DNA of 64,000 nucleotides from Lingula anatina (taxonomy: Eukaryota; Animalia; Brachiopoda). The translations under genes were made by a program, and so were the position numbers. The notes beneath the pieces are model-generated. The model saw only the letters and a list, made by a program, of their open reading frames with translations. It was not told where the DNA came from and did no database searches. Of the stretch, positions 1-14,192 are shown piece by piece. The stretch lies in assembly GCA_051362555.1 (NCBI GenBank), contig CM120641.1, positions 20,150,001 through 20,214,000 on the forward strand. The letters run 5' to 3'. How positions within the stretch are numbered: position 1 is the stretch's first letter; the number at the start of each line of letters is the position of its first letter.

Positions 1-447
1 CAAGAATGTATGTCCAGCATCATGGCTTTTAATCTCAAAGAATATTGGAATAAAGGGTAAGTGAAATATTTTCAATGTAGACTTCATTATGAAAAATAGT
101 TGGGCGGGTGAGCACCAAAAACAGTTTATAGATGGGCTCAGGAAACAGCTTGCATTGGCCATCATAAATCCAAACATCTATGGCAAATGGTAGCAAAAAT
201 GAGACACAATCACAAACACAGAATCAGCAATCTTAACGGTGCAACAAGCGGCCATAGCAAAAGAGAAATGTAAGCATATAATGCAAACTTTTCTCAGTGT
301 GAGCAAACTTGTACATCAAAATTAAATCTAGGTCTCAAGTCACCAAAAAACATGCCGACACAGGCAAGATCCAACATAATACCCCATATGTGATACTTGC
401 ATGCTGAAGATAAATTAAATAATTTTTCCAGTGTTTTGAATACAAAC

Positions 448-919
448 CATAAGTTCTTCCATCAGTTCCACATATTGGTTCATAGAACTCAGGGCAATCT
501 TTTGCACAAAGTGAAGGCTGGCCATGCACATTTCCTGCTAAAAAAGAAAAAAAAATGGTGCAACATTTAGTTTTAATGAAGTACAAATAAATTAAATGGG
601 AATATTGATTGACAATAAATAAAGACAGAACATCTTCAAATTTTAAAGACAACATCTACACTAGACAGCAATAAATTAGCCAAATTTTTTAAAGTTAAAT
701 CAACAGGCACAATTTCCGTAAACAATTACTTCTGCAAAAATAATCCTATCATGTTGACCTTGCTAGGAACCTGCTTTTTCACCAAATAAAGCCACTCAGC
801 AATATTTTTTAAATATTAAATTTAAAAATAATACAAGATATAGTGACTATATATAAAAACCAGCAAATCTTATACATACCAAGAAAGCACAGCACCGATA
901 TAATTATAAACTTCATCAT
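448..919 (-). CDS. Secreted Kazal-type serine protease inhibitor, partial. Exons 919-880 and 537/534-448; the last exon was not found and probably lies left of the window
   Basis: Exon 1 MMKFIIISVLCFL is signal-peptide-like and ends at a phase-1 GTATGT donor. Exon 2 has a NAGNAG acceptor and encodes LCAKDCPEFYEPICGTDGRTY, the N-terminal half of the Kazal motif C-x3-C-x6-C-G-T-D-G-x-T-Y. GT donor at 447. Confidence 0.75.
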
Positions 920-2390
920 ACTGTAATGGAATGACTATCAGACTTGTTTAAAAATCTGTGTGATGTCCACTAAAGATGTGAACTTTACACCTGTCCAAAG
1001 ATTTGTTGACACCGAGACCAGTGTCCTACTTTGCTCTTATCTAATTGGCTTCAAGGTTATCTTTGACTAGACAGTTTGTTAAAGAACTCATAAGAAAATA
1101 ATTCCAATCACCATCTTGGGAGAGAATAATGAAAATATTGTATAATCCCTTCTCAGGTACCATTATTAATTTCATTGACCAGTTTTCTTTCCAGGTTATA
1201 ATTGGCGGTACTAAAGCAGTCACCGACTTTCTTTATGAAATATTGTAATCAAATATAATTTCTCAGCCTCTTCTAAAATTCTTAAATTGGTTATTTAACT
1301 CCTCAATATGATGGATTAAAAAAAAAGTAATAATAAGCCTGTGAGATCTCGTGTGGGCAATGGATAGAACAGACGATATTCCAAAATTGAAAACTTGTCT
1401 TTTTATAAAATTCACTTTCTAACAATGGTTTACAGTTGTTGTACTGTCAAATGATACCCCATTGTCACCCTTATGTTAGAAACCCACTTTAAACAAACAC
1501 AATAAGAAAGATACATAAGTTAAACATTCGTACACCCATTGAAGTTTCAGAAACTTTTTATTCAACAAAAGTAAGTTGCACAGTGAGTATGGTTACATGG
1601 CAAACTCAACTCCATACAAGCATGATTTAACCAACATGAAAAACAAAGTGTGCAAATCAATACTAAAGCAATCAGTCGTGAGTCATACTACAGTACTAAT
1701 TTGATCATGTCATACTGCAAAAGTGATTTGATCACAAAAAAAAAAAGAATTAATAAAAATAATAATAATAATAATGCAACAATCTTCTAAGAGAATTACT
1801 ACACACCCTAGTAATTGTAGAATTTCATTTAATCCCCTTAATTTTCTAGCTCAAGTTCTTCATCTGAAAAATGTTTATCCATGGAAGCTTGCAGAAAATA
1901 TTGGCAGGAAAATGAATAAACACAAAGAATTGTGATAACTTAGTACCTGTTACACATTCATTTTGTCGAAATTAAATATTTTTACGCAGACAGTGGTTCA
2001 ACTTTACCAGTATGATTAAAAAATTAACCCAATTTCTCGTGCAACTTTAACTATAGAATAGAGATGCCTACATTTTGTCTACTTCTGACCATTCAAATCT
2101 GCGTTGATCCCTCTTGTTGTCACAACCTTATCAAGCCACTCATAAATGCTTATTTCTGACATAACCACAAAACAGCTTTAACTTGACATCTATGATAGAA
2201 ATTGGAAGAAAAATATACTATGAAAATGTTTTCATTTAAAAGCCACTAATCAAATGACAAAATGTTTTTTTTTTCTGATGGAAGCACTTTACCAGACAAA
2301 TGCTTTTTCTTATTTTCACTGATAATAGTTTGTAGAAATTGCTGCTATGTTTTATACACCCATAATGTCCCTTCTATCTTCATTCCTAAC

Positions 2391-4650
2391 TTAACTTTTT
2401 CTTTTGATGACGAGTGGCCCTACATTGTCACCAGTTTCCTTGTTGTGTGCATTATGAGTACCATCACAGTATGGGAACTGAAATAAAGATTTAAATCATT
2501 AAAATTAAATAAAAGTAGACCTCACATATAGTACCTTTGATTTCAAACAGCTAAATATCACAAGGCACTTGCATCAAGAGTTTACTCCCAACACAAATGT
2601 TGACAAAAGAGAAGAAAGCCAGAACAATCCTGCTTGATCAGAAAGAACTTTCAAAACTGTTTTTCCCCACTCATTCAGGGGTTTTAATGATATTTAAAAA
2701 TAACTATTGGCATCTTTGATACCATACTCCTGAATATCTTAACTTCAATTCAAAAGTTTGCACTTAGAAATGGTTCAATTTGTCATAAAAAGGGAGCAGT
2801 TACTCTATAATTTTTTATTTGTTCTGGTCAAATAACTTTTTAAAAGAATACAATGATAAACTGAAGATAACAAAATTAATATTTTTATTGGTTATTTTCC
2901 AGCAAATTGACCTGGTTATAAGGCAACAATTCTAAAAGGCAGTATAGTAGTAGCCAGTGGTACAAAACAGTAGCAAACCTTCTTTGATCTCCAGCATCTA
3001 CAAAATACACTTTTCTCTGCAAGATCTTCAATGTCTACAGCTGTTGCCACTTTCTCACATTCTTTTTGAATATCTGGGTTGATTGGAATCTTTTTCTTCG
3101 ATGGCAGAAATGCTTGCACAGTGAAATATACCATCAATGACACTGTTCCAACAAATGGCAAAAGTCTCAACCAGTCACCGCCTACATTAATAAAGATAAA
3201 TTCTAAAAATAAAAATTTTTAAAAATAATAAAACTTTATGCATGTGCAATTACAAACACAACTGGGCATGCATACTTATTGCAAAAAGGAACCCTCTTAT
3301 CCTGTTGATTAAAAGGCTACTTGCAGACAGATAAATATGCATGTAATCAGTAGAGTTAAAAGACACGAGGTCATGCCAGCATTAAAACATATCATTCTAG
3401 TCACGCTCGGCTGTCACCTTGATTGGATAGTAAACGGTTGTTGTAAAATCGCTAAATGATATTAAAACCGGGTGCATAAACTTGAAAACCACCTAGGACA
3501 ACCTTAGACTGCCACATTAATCCAATACAATGTCCTCTCTAACCTCCAATTACGAAAAAGAAGCCATGCCATTGGACAATGCGACCTCTGCGGTTACGTC
3601 ATTTCCTGAATTGGATTGTAGAGAAGACCGATATAAACATCAGAGGTGGAATTTTGATTTACGGTTTGATAGTGCGTATGCCATGCACGGAATTTACAAA
3701 CGAGCGACGGGATGATGTAGCCTGCAGTATTTGCGGTAAGCGTGCCAAGTTTTAGGCCGCTCCGCTGCCCGGCAGTATTTTATTTCGATTATTATGTTTA
3801 ACTTGGTGGCTTTTTGTTTCACAAGCTCACTCTATTTTATTGTCTCTATGGAGGTATATGGGGACTTTACGACATTCGGTTTGAAGGTATTAACCACTTG
3901 TTATAGTTTATTTTTGCATTGTATTGGATTAATGTGGCAGTCTAAGGTTGTCCTAGGTGGTTTTCAAGTTTATGCACCCGGGTTTTAATATCATTTAGCG
4001 ATTTTACGACAACCGTTTACTATCCAATCAAGGTGACAGCCGAGCGTGATTCTAGTATTAATTCTAGTACCCAATATTTTCCCAATATCTTTATTTTGAG
4101 CCAACCATATCTTTATGTACATTACAAGTACAAGACACTGAGGGCATAAGGAAATCCTGTATAGATCCACAAAGGGAGCATTCACCTACAAATATGTGTC
4201 ACACTTCATTTTACCTGTATTTTTTCCTAGCCATTACTTATTGACAATGAGATGCTGTTATAGATACATCTACATATAGCTAAGTACAGTATAATCCCCA
4301 TCGTGATAACAATCAGGGGAATCTCCCGATAATACTTATAAGTGATCAAAACTGTATCTGTGGATGGTATAAAAGCGTTAGCGTCAAACCATTTACTTTC
4401 GAAATACGTATGCTGACAAAGCAGTTTCACAAAACTTCCTATCTTCCATATCAATTTCAAAAACGGTCTTTTGACCTCTGCTAAGACTGCCATAAAACTA
4501 ACATGATTAACTTTTTTATATCATATCTAAATTTCAACGGGCGACATTTTCACCTGACATATCGGCAAGTCCTTCAAATGAGTCGGGAAATGGAAGATTT
4601 TTCAAGTAATTGGGAAGAGAAACTCGAACAAGGCCTGATACCGCCTCCAT
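2391..4650 (-). CDS. CISD2: CDGSH iron-sulfur domain protein (NEET family, CISD2/Miner1-like). Exons 4650-4554, 3181-2979, 2477-2391
   Basis: Spliced protein [42 protein letters not shown]...[10 protein letters not shown]|[28 protein letters not shown]. It has the 3Cys-1His NEET motif, a TM segment and the CISD2-type LPNYL..LP.PDS N-terminal extension. GT-AG phases are consistent. Confidence 0.92.
3401..4049. mobile_element. Non-autonomous DNA transposon (MITE) in CISD2 intron 1
   Basis: ~132-bp near-perfect terminal inverted repeats (3401-3532 / 3917-4049, TCACGCTCGG...CCGAGCGTGA). Exact 6-bp flanking direct repeat TTCTAG at 3395-3400 and 4050-4055. Confidence 0.9.
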
Positions 4651-5010
4651 CACGCTATTTTTAAACCGAGGTTACAGGTAGGAGTCACCAGGAAGTGCCT
4701 GCTATTTAAAAGATTTTATATAATATAACAAATATGTGAAAAATTAACAATGAACTAAGATAGTTTAAATATATCATTTTCAAAATACATTACTTATAGT
4801 TATTTAATATGATGCACATTATGCATGTTTGAAAGCATCGGAAACCGCTCTTTACATTATAACACTCCGCGTTTTAGCACAAACCTATACAAGAGGTTAG
4901 AGGTCAGTAATTGGATGATGGAAAAATACCAGACAAGCCGGAGAATTTCCAGCGATAAAGAACTACTGCACGATAGCAAGGTAAGCATTGACAGCAGGTG
5001 TTAATGTAAG
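4651..5010. promoter_or_regulatory. Putative bidirectional promoter of CISD2 (-) and the F-box gene (+), with a non-coding first exon
   Basis: CISD2 ATG at 4650. ETS-like CAGGAAGTG near 4688. Two strong + strand donors (AAG|GTAAGC at ~4981 and ~5011) lie upstream of the F-box acceptor at 7805. Inference only. Confidence 0.45.
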
Positions 5011-7816
5011 GTAAGCATGTATTTTATACTGTATGTCCATATAAAGGATAATATGAAGGACAGCGGTGCTTTGTTCATATGTATTGTCTATTTTAATTGT
5101 ACCCCGAACGCAAAGTTTGACTTTTGCTAGATAATATTTTTCCTCAAATTAGTCGTTTTGTCGTTAAGCAAAATGATGACATTCTGTAATGAAATCACAA
5201 TGTATTCCGTCTGTTGAAATCGTGTGGGAATTTGCATTTGAAAAAGGCGCACGGTGTATACTTCATATAAATCGGCGATTTTTTTATCAGCATGCGTGGG
5301 GGGGGGGGGGAGGGGATGAACATATTAAAATTGTTACATTTTTATGTTAGAAGTATTAGATCTAATGAGAAAATAACTAAAGCTGTCATGTAAATACGGA
5401 AGGGGAATCCTAATTATTTGTCATCCCCAGTGCTTGTTCCTAGCGTTACTTTGATACATTTGCCCAGTAGTAGTGGTAGTATTATATCTATCATGAACAG
5501 TTACATACTATACTTATATTAGCACGAAAATCCATGCGTTAGCACTCCTATTGACGATTCTGATATGTACTGGTTACTGGTTAGCACACATGAATTTTCG
5601 TTCTATACTTATATGTGAGTTCTGCCAAAATGTATGTTGCTGAAATAGGTACTGGGATGTATTCTACAGATAAATGTGAACAAAATGATGGTAAAACTTT
5701 GATTTAACCCATTCAAAAGGGACACCAAAATGATAATTGGAATTTCGAAATGAAAAATTAAGAGTTGGTGAGAGGACTAAAAAAGTATAAATTTTACAGA
5801 TCTTCAATAGATCTTCAGTTTGGAACTGGCTTTTTGCATGACCAAGTATTTGGCAAGTGTAACACGAAATCATTCTTACTCCATCCTCTCATCTGTCTTC
5901 TGCATTACTCTTTATTTCTAGGTTGAATTATTTTATTTAAATATATGATATGTAACTACTGAACAAACTCCTTTTATCTTGTTCATCATGCAAACGTGTA
6001 CCCATTTTGAAAGCAGTACCTGTTAGAACATATTATGTCTTGTGGCTATTTGATCAGTAATTTGAAAAGAATGAAGACAGGTGTATTTTTGGCCTGTTTG
6101 ACATTGGCTGTATGGATGTGTTTTTCCTATATGGCATATACCTATAGGTTTAAGAAATACATCATAATTGTTTTGACTGTTATCTTGGGTGTTAAAAGGT
6201 GCAGTATGTTATCATCCATTTATCATCAGTTTGTTCTGTATCATACTAAATCTTTCCTTATAAAATTGGGTCAGTTACACAAAGATTCCACTGATAGAAG
6301 CTGTATACAGTAATTAAAGTAGGATTTTTGGAATTTTCCTACCAGTACAACAAGCGTGTCGACCTGATATATCAGTGGCAGGAGTTATCATTTTTCATTT
6401 AGTGTAAGGTTGTGGATACATGCGTGTACATGCTAGAGTAAGATCTATTATTGCTTAATGATAATTTTGTTAGATCTTTTTGAGGAATTTCACACACATA
6501 CAGTGACACACACAAACACACAGAGAAAAAATGTACTGTTTCATGCATTATAGCTTTTAATCTTGTCACAATACAAAGATGCCAAAGATACATAGTTCTG
6601 GTATTAGAAAAAAAAATGATTCAGCATAGGTAGAAACAAAAGAATTATGAGCCCAGATATATTTAGTAACTGATCAACTGGATTTAATCTGGTGTGACCC
6701 TAACTTTCCTCTTACATGTATAGACTGGCTATAGAAAATGGCAAATCACTTGCGTTACTGGAATGTATTTTATCATTAATTGCAAAATAAGCATAACAAG
6801 CACTGGCAGATATGAAGTCTGGATCTTATTGACAGTGGCGTTAGTTTAGTTCGCACCATTAAGATTAGGTAAAAAACTTAAAAATCCATTTGCAAAGAGT
6901 TCGCATTATTAAATGCAGCTTGGAATAATTTTACTGCTAATTTGATGAAGAGAGAAAAGAGTCCATAAACTGCATTTCTGCCATGCTACAAAGTATGCAA
7001 ATTTTGCACAGAATGTCTTAAGCAGCATCTATGTCCCTGGTTTATTTCAGTATCTACAGTGTTGCTTGTGCCAAGATCTGTGCAGTATGTTGGGGTTGAC
7101 GGGCAGGTAAAAATATACTGGGGTGCATTTTAAATACATTACATTTGGAATACTGCTTCCGTCATAATGGATTCTTAAGAAAGATCAAATTTGAAAAAAA
7201 AAAAACACTTTGATTTTAACTCCCGAAGCAGATGAGTAGTTAAGCTAGGTTATACTTTAATTGAATTTTTCCTTACAATAGAGATGATTATGTTTAAGTT
7301 ACTCATTAGGGTGGGGTTGGAAAGTGATGCTTTTTTTATTTATAATTCACAGTCACTAATTATTTTTTATCTGAGCAATTTGTCCCATATAGAATTTTGG
7401 CTTTAAAAGACTGGATTTGTAATTTCTTTATCAACATTAAGAAGTGAAAATTCAGATACTGGATATTATCTTATTTTTTAGAAGAATGCCTAAGCCAAAT
7501 GAAAACTCATATGCTTTGAATAGAATAGGTTTTGCTACACGAAATTCAATGAGAAGCATTTTATGGATGTTTACATGAATATATACTTCTTGAATCTCAT
7601 ATCTATTTTTATCAACTATGAACACAAATTTAATCAAATAAAGGAAAGAAAAATACTTATTTTCAACTTCTGGTCAGACACATGAAACATTTTGTATGAT
7701 CGTCCTTCCCCATTCTTGGCTGTATTTGTGTAGCTAGAACTGTACTATGAGGGATCATGAGATCTGTTTTATAACAGATGATTAATCTATCTCTCCATAT
7801 TTCAGATTTAATCATC

Positions 7817-10617
7817 ATGGTCATACCGTCGAAATGTCCGATGTCCGATGGCACTGTTCTGACACCATCAACAGTGTCTGTAGCTCATACAGAAACAAGA
7901 AGCACCTTCACTACAGATCAAGTGTCAAATGAAGTTCTTTTGAACATACTGCTCAACATTCCCTTTTTGGAGCTGAAAAAATGTACCCAAGTGTGTCAGA
8001 GGTGGAGGGTAAGTTTCACTTATATTTGGTCTAAATATAATGTTTGGTTAAAAGTTTACAATGAAAAAAATGATTTTCACTTCTACAACTATCTTTAAAA
8101 ATTATCTAATGAATTTTTTAAAATACCTATTTATTTTAATAATTTAATCAGTTTCAGGTATGTCTTGTGCTCTTTTAACAACCCCGAGTTGAATTGAATA
8201 TTTTTCTCTTGTTATAGGAGATGGTTGAAGGGTCATACTTCTGGCGATGTTATCTGCAGAAGAATTATTCACTGAAAACACAACTCAGGGTAGAAGGTAA
8301 AGATACTTATACATTCATTTATTTATCTTAGTGTTTTTTATGATATATGCTAATATATGCTAATGTTGGTGCTGAATTGGATTGCATTTGGAAATCATCA
8401 GTTAGCACTTTGTTGAAAATTTCAAATTCCAGAAAGACCTTCAGTATATGCAATGCAAGTACTAGTAACTGTGTCAAATTTTTGTGAAAAAATATCTCAA
8501 AATTGAAAAAAAATTTTAGCTCATATACATGTACAGTCAATTTCATTTCTACCATACTGATGTGCCAATATTTATTTTAAAGTCTTTGCAAACCTGTGCA
8601 CTTGCAAATGTATAACTGATAACCATGAAGTCTTGACCACGCCATAGTTTAGTACTCTTATCAGTCGCCTTAATTACCAGTTTTGATTACCTAGTCAATG
8701 AGTTAAAATAAAGATTCTCATTTTAGTCAGGCACAAATGAGAGAGGCCTTAACTGGTCTAAAAAGTCAGTCCACATATACATGTAAATCATGTTTTTCAT
8801 AGATGTCTTTACTCAAATGAATTTTGTACTACTGGGGCTAGAGGAAAACATTAGATTGCAGGAGCACAGACAGACCATTTCATTTTCACCGTGCTGGTGT
8901 GCTCTAAATATGTGTGTATATATAAATATGTGCTCTCTAAATATGTGCATATACTGGTGTATAATTTATGTATAAAGCTGTGTATATGTTTGTAGGTCCT
9001 CTGACTGACTGGCAAGACGGCCTGCAACCAATGTATAGAGGTGGCTTTGATGCACTTACTGTGCAGCCGGCAGAAGTCTTTCATAACCTACCCAAAAGAC
9101 TCGACAATGGTTTGTGTTATTCTGAATAGTTTTGATATAAAGCAGAAGGTCAAGGTGATAACTATAACAGGCTATTGACCGAGATGGCAATGTTGTAAAA
9201 GAATGAATGTGAATATACGGTTACTGTTATGCAATAAGTTATTTCAAGTTCAACACTTGGGAAATTTCCATAACACCATTCTTTAAGGCTGTATTTAAGA
9301 CTTATGAAAAGTTGTCTTTTATTTCAGGTGTTCTCTTTCCCATAAGCATCCAAGTGGACAAGGCTCCCTCTTCAAAAACTTTGATCACTCTGTTGGAGAC
9401 TTTCAAGACCATCAAATCTACAATAGACAGCAATGGTTTAGTCTATGGTAAGTGCTGTGCCCACAAGCAAAATTTGCTAGATACAGAAATATTTAACTTT
9501 TTAATGTAAGCTTAGCATTTCATAATTTGACAATATTTGTGGTACAAAATGTTTCTGAAAATAGATTTTAATTATATAGTATCATTTAACTTCTAAGATG
9601 TGATTTAAAGGATACGAGTTTCCTGGAAAGGTTTTTTATATAATTTTTCAAATTTTTTTTATCTAACAAAAGTCAGGCCTGTAGGAAGGAGGGTTCAGGG
9701 TTTCAAACAATTTGCCTTGTGGTTGAGAAAAGGTCTGTTATGAATTGAGACTTTTGCCACTATGGCACTGGTCCACTTTTTCACAAGAAGGAATTACAAA
9801 CCCATATATTTGTGAATTTGAATTTGCTGGCTACAGACCTGAAAAGTGTAGAGTAAATACGCAATATAAAATATGTGCCTAGGTCTATGTGGTTCATAAA
9901 TGTAAAGGGCATCTATCTTTAATTGGGCATCTATCTATGTGTATTGAATATGTGAAAGAAAAATAATGATATTTATTTCAGATGGACAGATGGGGTTTGG
10001 GTGGAAGAGTGAGGGCTTTTGTCTAATGGATGTGTTCTTGTTCCCTTGGCAAGAAGACCAGCAGCCAACCAGTGAGGACATTAGCAGAATCTTTATGCTG
10101 AATGAAGATCTGAAGGTAAACATCACTTTCAGTTTATATATTATCAGATTACTATATTCAGGACATTTCCTTCATGGATAACATATGGGTGTCCCTGCCA
10201 GAAGTATATTTAATAGAATTATGTGGACTAAACTGTGAAACAACATTATGATGTCTGGATAGCTTAATCTTAACAGGAAAACTGTGAAGAGTGAGCATTC
10301 CTTTACCTTTTCACCTCCTTATAATTAAAGATAGATGCCCTTTACATTTATGAACCAACCATGGTAACAAACCTCAACACTTTCTAATTCAGGACAGCAT
10401 AATACAACAGAAGAAAACTAAGAGCCAGCTGACCTGTGTTCTTAGCCACCTTGGCTTCCAGCATTGGGTCAGTGATGCCCTATGTCCAGGCAAAGAGTGG
10501 ACACAGCTGTGTTTCAATGTCCACGACCCCACACACATGATGTGCCCCAGTCCTGTATTCCTGTATAGTGATGTTGCACCTGGCTGGATCGGGGGCATTC
10601 TGACAGGATTATGGTGA
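7817..10617 (+). CDS. F-box domain protein (~287 aa). Exons 7817-8008, 8218-8296, 8996-9109, 9328-9447, 9982-10115, 10393-10617
   Basis: Six GT-AG exons total 864 nt in one open frame. F-box motif VSNEVLLNILLNIPFLELKKCTQVCQRWREMVEGSYFWR. The C-terminal domain is not WD40 or LRR. Confidence 0.85.
9674..9841. mobile_element. Degenerate MITE of the CAGGCCCGTAGCCAG-ended family (hAT-like)
   Basis: Ends CAGGCCTGTAG...CTGGCTACAGACCTG. Shares the internal GGTCCACTTTT motif with the copy at 32674. Flanked by AAAAGT on both sides (9668-9673, 9842-9847). Confidence 0.7.
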
Positions 10618-13600
10618 TTATTAGGATGTGGACTTCAATTGGATTCTGTTAACCCAGCGTTTGTAGGAATTATGTCAAATTGCCTTTCAACTCCATGTGG
10701 CCAAGGAGAATCTAAGTGTTATTTTATAAGTGATAAAGCCTTTCAACCCGATGTAACCAAGGAGAAACTTGGATGTTTGTAGAAATTTCAAAGAATTCTA
10801 ACCCCATGGATTTCGACTGAATACATGTAGGACCTGGATGCACACTATATGTGAAATGTGAATTTTGACTGTGATTTTTGAATGCCAAACAAGTGTCACG
10901 ATGGCTGTTGATCAATGTTGTTGATCAATGCAGGAGCAGGTCTGGACCCTATGACTTTTTCCCTAAATGGCAGTCTCATCCATGATAGTTGTACCACCCT
11001 CAGGGTGCTGGTGGTACACATGGTTTTAGTCCCAACCTGTCTCATTTATTACATATAGAAATCAGCAATTTGAATGATGGAGAGTCATTCTGGTTAACTA
11101 CACATTAAGTTTGCCAGTTGAGGTTAGACAGCTTTGTAAAGTTGATGAAATGTGGTGATGACACTGACAACTTAATTCATGAGTTTGGGCATATTTGTAT
11201 AGAGACTGGTATGCAGAAAATGGTCCTACTTTGTAGTAAATTACAGTATTAAAAATATATACATATATATATATTTCTGTTTTCCAGGAATTATTATTAT
11301 TAATATTATTATTATTAAATATCATATATTCAATTTTTATTATATTTATATGCCATAGTCATTTTGCTTTCATCTACATTAATCATCTACTCTCTTCCGG
11401 AACATTCTTTGAAGAAATCACAAGAGATCATTTTTATTTAACATTTATCAAAAACAACTTTGTTGTACACGTACGTAGCAATCTGACAATTCATTAACAT
11501 CATAAGTACATTACTGAATATATGTGATTCTTACATTTATAAATTTGGCCTCATCAGCAACACTAATCCATGGATTGGATCTGATAATAATGTTGGGCAG
11601 TTACCATGTATGATTTTCTGTATGTCACAAGCTTTTACATTTTCTTACTTGCTCAGTTACAAATCTTTGGTTTTGCCTTCATTTTTCATCATTTCACAAA
11701 CATATTTTTGTACAGGTGGATTGCACCATCATATGCTGGTATATTGGTCCAGCAAAATGCCTTAATAAATGGAAAAATTGAATTGTTTGAGTGCTTTGAT
11801 CACCGTCTCAGTAAAGCCACAGTTCTAGTCCTGGTGACATTTTCAGTGCCATTGTTCTTTACAATTTTTAAATTAACTTCATTTGTTGCATAAATCTATA
11901 AAATAACAAAATTGCTTGAAAGCATGCCAAAAATCTAGCATAAATATCTTGATCACAAAATATTTTACTTTCAACAACTTTTTAAAAATATAACCAACCA
12001 ACTTCTCTAAGAATCGTACTGACATTGGGTATGACCCCAACAATTACAGATATCCATGTTAAGAGCAACTGGCATATTTAAAGTTTGTACAACTTAGTGG
12101 GGAACTTGTAACACACTTATGTGTACTAGAAATTACATCAATTCCATAATGTATGGGTCCTAATATTGTAGACTTCAGACAAGTAACCTTGAAAAATGCA
12201 CGGAAATGGTTTCAACACTAACAAGTTGCTTAGGTAAAATTTCACTGACAAAATATGTCTTTATCTTAACATTTGTTGTTTACACAACGTACACCAGAAA
12301 AAAGTCTGTGAGAGCAAATTATAAGTATAATTAAATGCCCACAGTAATTAAATACTTGTTATAAATCTTGTATTAAGTTGAGAAAATAAAAATTTTTGAA
12401 GCACCAACTCCGACTTATCAAATATAACTTGCTGGATGAGAGTGGATGGAAATAAAAATTGCCATGAAAACAAAGCTGTAATTTTTGTGGTATCCTTCAA
12501 GACTAATTAATCTATAAATTAGTCTGCTTCTACCAAGTATATGCAAAGTAGCATTTCAAATGGCAATTCCAGTAATACTCCATAAAACAGGCAAACAATT
12601 TTTACAGCATTCATTAAAGCATTAATGGTGCACAATAAGCTATAATTTTCATTTCACGTTCATGTTTTTGTACAGGTGGATTGTAAAATGAATAATGTCA
12701 TAACACAAAAAATACCACATTTAACAGAAACCTGTTTGTTAAAAAATATTACTTTAGTCATGATGCCTTCCTCAAAATCTATTTTGTGATAAAGATTAAT
12801 GGATGCTCATCCTATTTTTCAGCAAAATTGAAAGTTTAAGGTAATTTTCTGTTATTCTTAAACTACTAATTTCCTGAGAAAATTAATTCACAAATCAATT
12901 AGGTAGTATCTGCTGGGCATTTCCTCCTTTTGCCTTCAAAATACAAATATTCTTAACTAGTTTTGGAAGATTGTTTCACAAAAAGTCTGCAAAAATTGTA
13001 GAGTTAACTTTCCAACATGGGTCTCAGAATGTTTTCTAAGTAATTGACCTAAACAATGACAAATTTAGGTAGGCTTTTGTCACCATGCACTGTCAATGAA
13101 ATAAATGTCAATATAAAGACACTTCTTCTCACCTAAAAAAAAGATTTGTAGCCTTCTAATTTTCTCTGTAAAGTTTACCAAATAATCTTAGCAGTCTTTG
13201 ATAAGGTCAATATTCACCATTTAATGAAACAGGCTCCAGTTACAACAAAAACTAAAACATAAATACATGTTTAAGCCTCCATCAAAGGAATATATCTATC
13301 GGATGCAATAAAAAAAGACAACTGTTTAAACTTGAGATACCATACACTACCAGTGAGGATGTAAACTGATTTTTAACCATGTCTCACCATCAAAATATCA
13401 TGTCATCCTTACAACAACAACATTTTACTGGAGCAGAATATAATATACACATCTTCCTTAAACTTAGAAATCCAACTGGTTCTCAAATGGTGTAAAAAAA
13501 TCAAGTTTTGTTTCATTCACCTGCATGCTGGACTTAGAGATAGATAAAGATGTATGGATTTTAGTGGGAACAGTTAATAATTCTAGGCGATTTGCCTGAG

Positions 13601-14192
13601 AATCTTTGATGTGACCATTCACGGAATTTTTTTATTGAGTTCAGCATCTTTATTTAAATATCCAGTGCCAATGTCTAAAGGAATGTTGATACTTTTTGAA
13701 TACTAACCCTCCTCAAAATTGCATGCAACTCTTCACTTGCTTCCAGCTAAGTTAAAAATAGTCGACTTCTCTAAGAGAGAGTGAAGGCCATGGTTGACAG
13801 GTATGAGGAAATTGGCAATGATGATGGAAAATCTTACAAACACATCCCTACTTACTGTAAGTAATCTTTAAATTGACATAATTCTAATAATTTTTAAAGC
13901 ACAAACCACAGTCAATGCTTCATCACAGCGAATCCCGCTGCCTCATTTTTGTTTTTGGTACAAAACGAAATGAAATTTCAGATACATGACTTGAATTTGA
14001 AACAGCATATTTGCTGCTTGCTGCCAGTATCCTATTGCCAATACAAATCACTTTTTGTGGCATCTTCTCAGTATATTCACCCACTGTCATTCAACATACA
14101 TTCCATACAAAAAAGCAGCAACTCTGACCAGACATAATTCTTATCTTGTATTAATTCAATGGCACAAACATTATGACAATACTCTGGGTTGG

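Noticed and set aside
4227-4493. 88-aa ORF as CISD2 exon 1
   Set aside because: The real exon 1 (4650-4554) matches the family N-terminus and the required intron phase; this ORF is intronic.
11684-12684. Short direct repeat TTTTTGTACAGGTGGATTG (~11705 and ~12665)
   Set aside because: Only ~20-35 bp in AT-rich UTR/intergenic DNA, with no TSD, TIR or coding signal.
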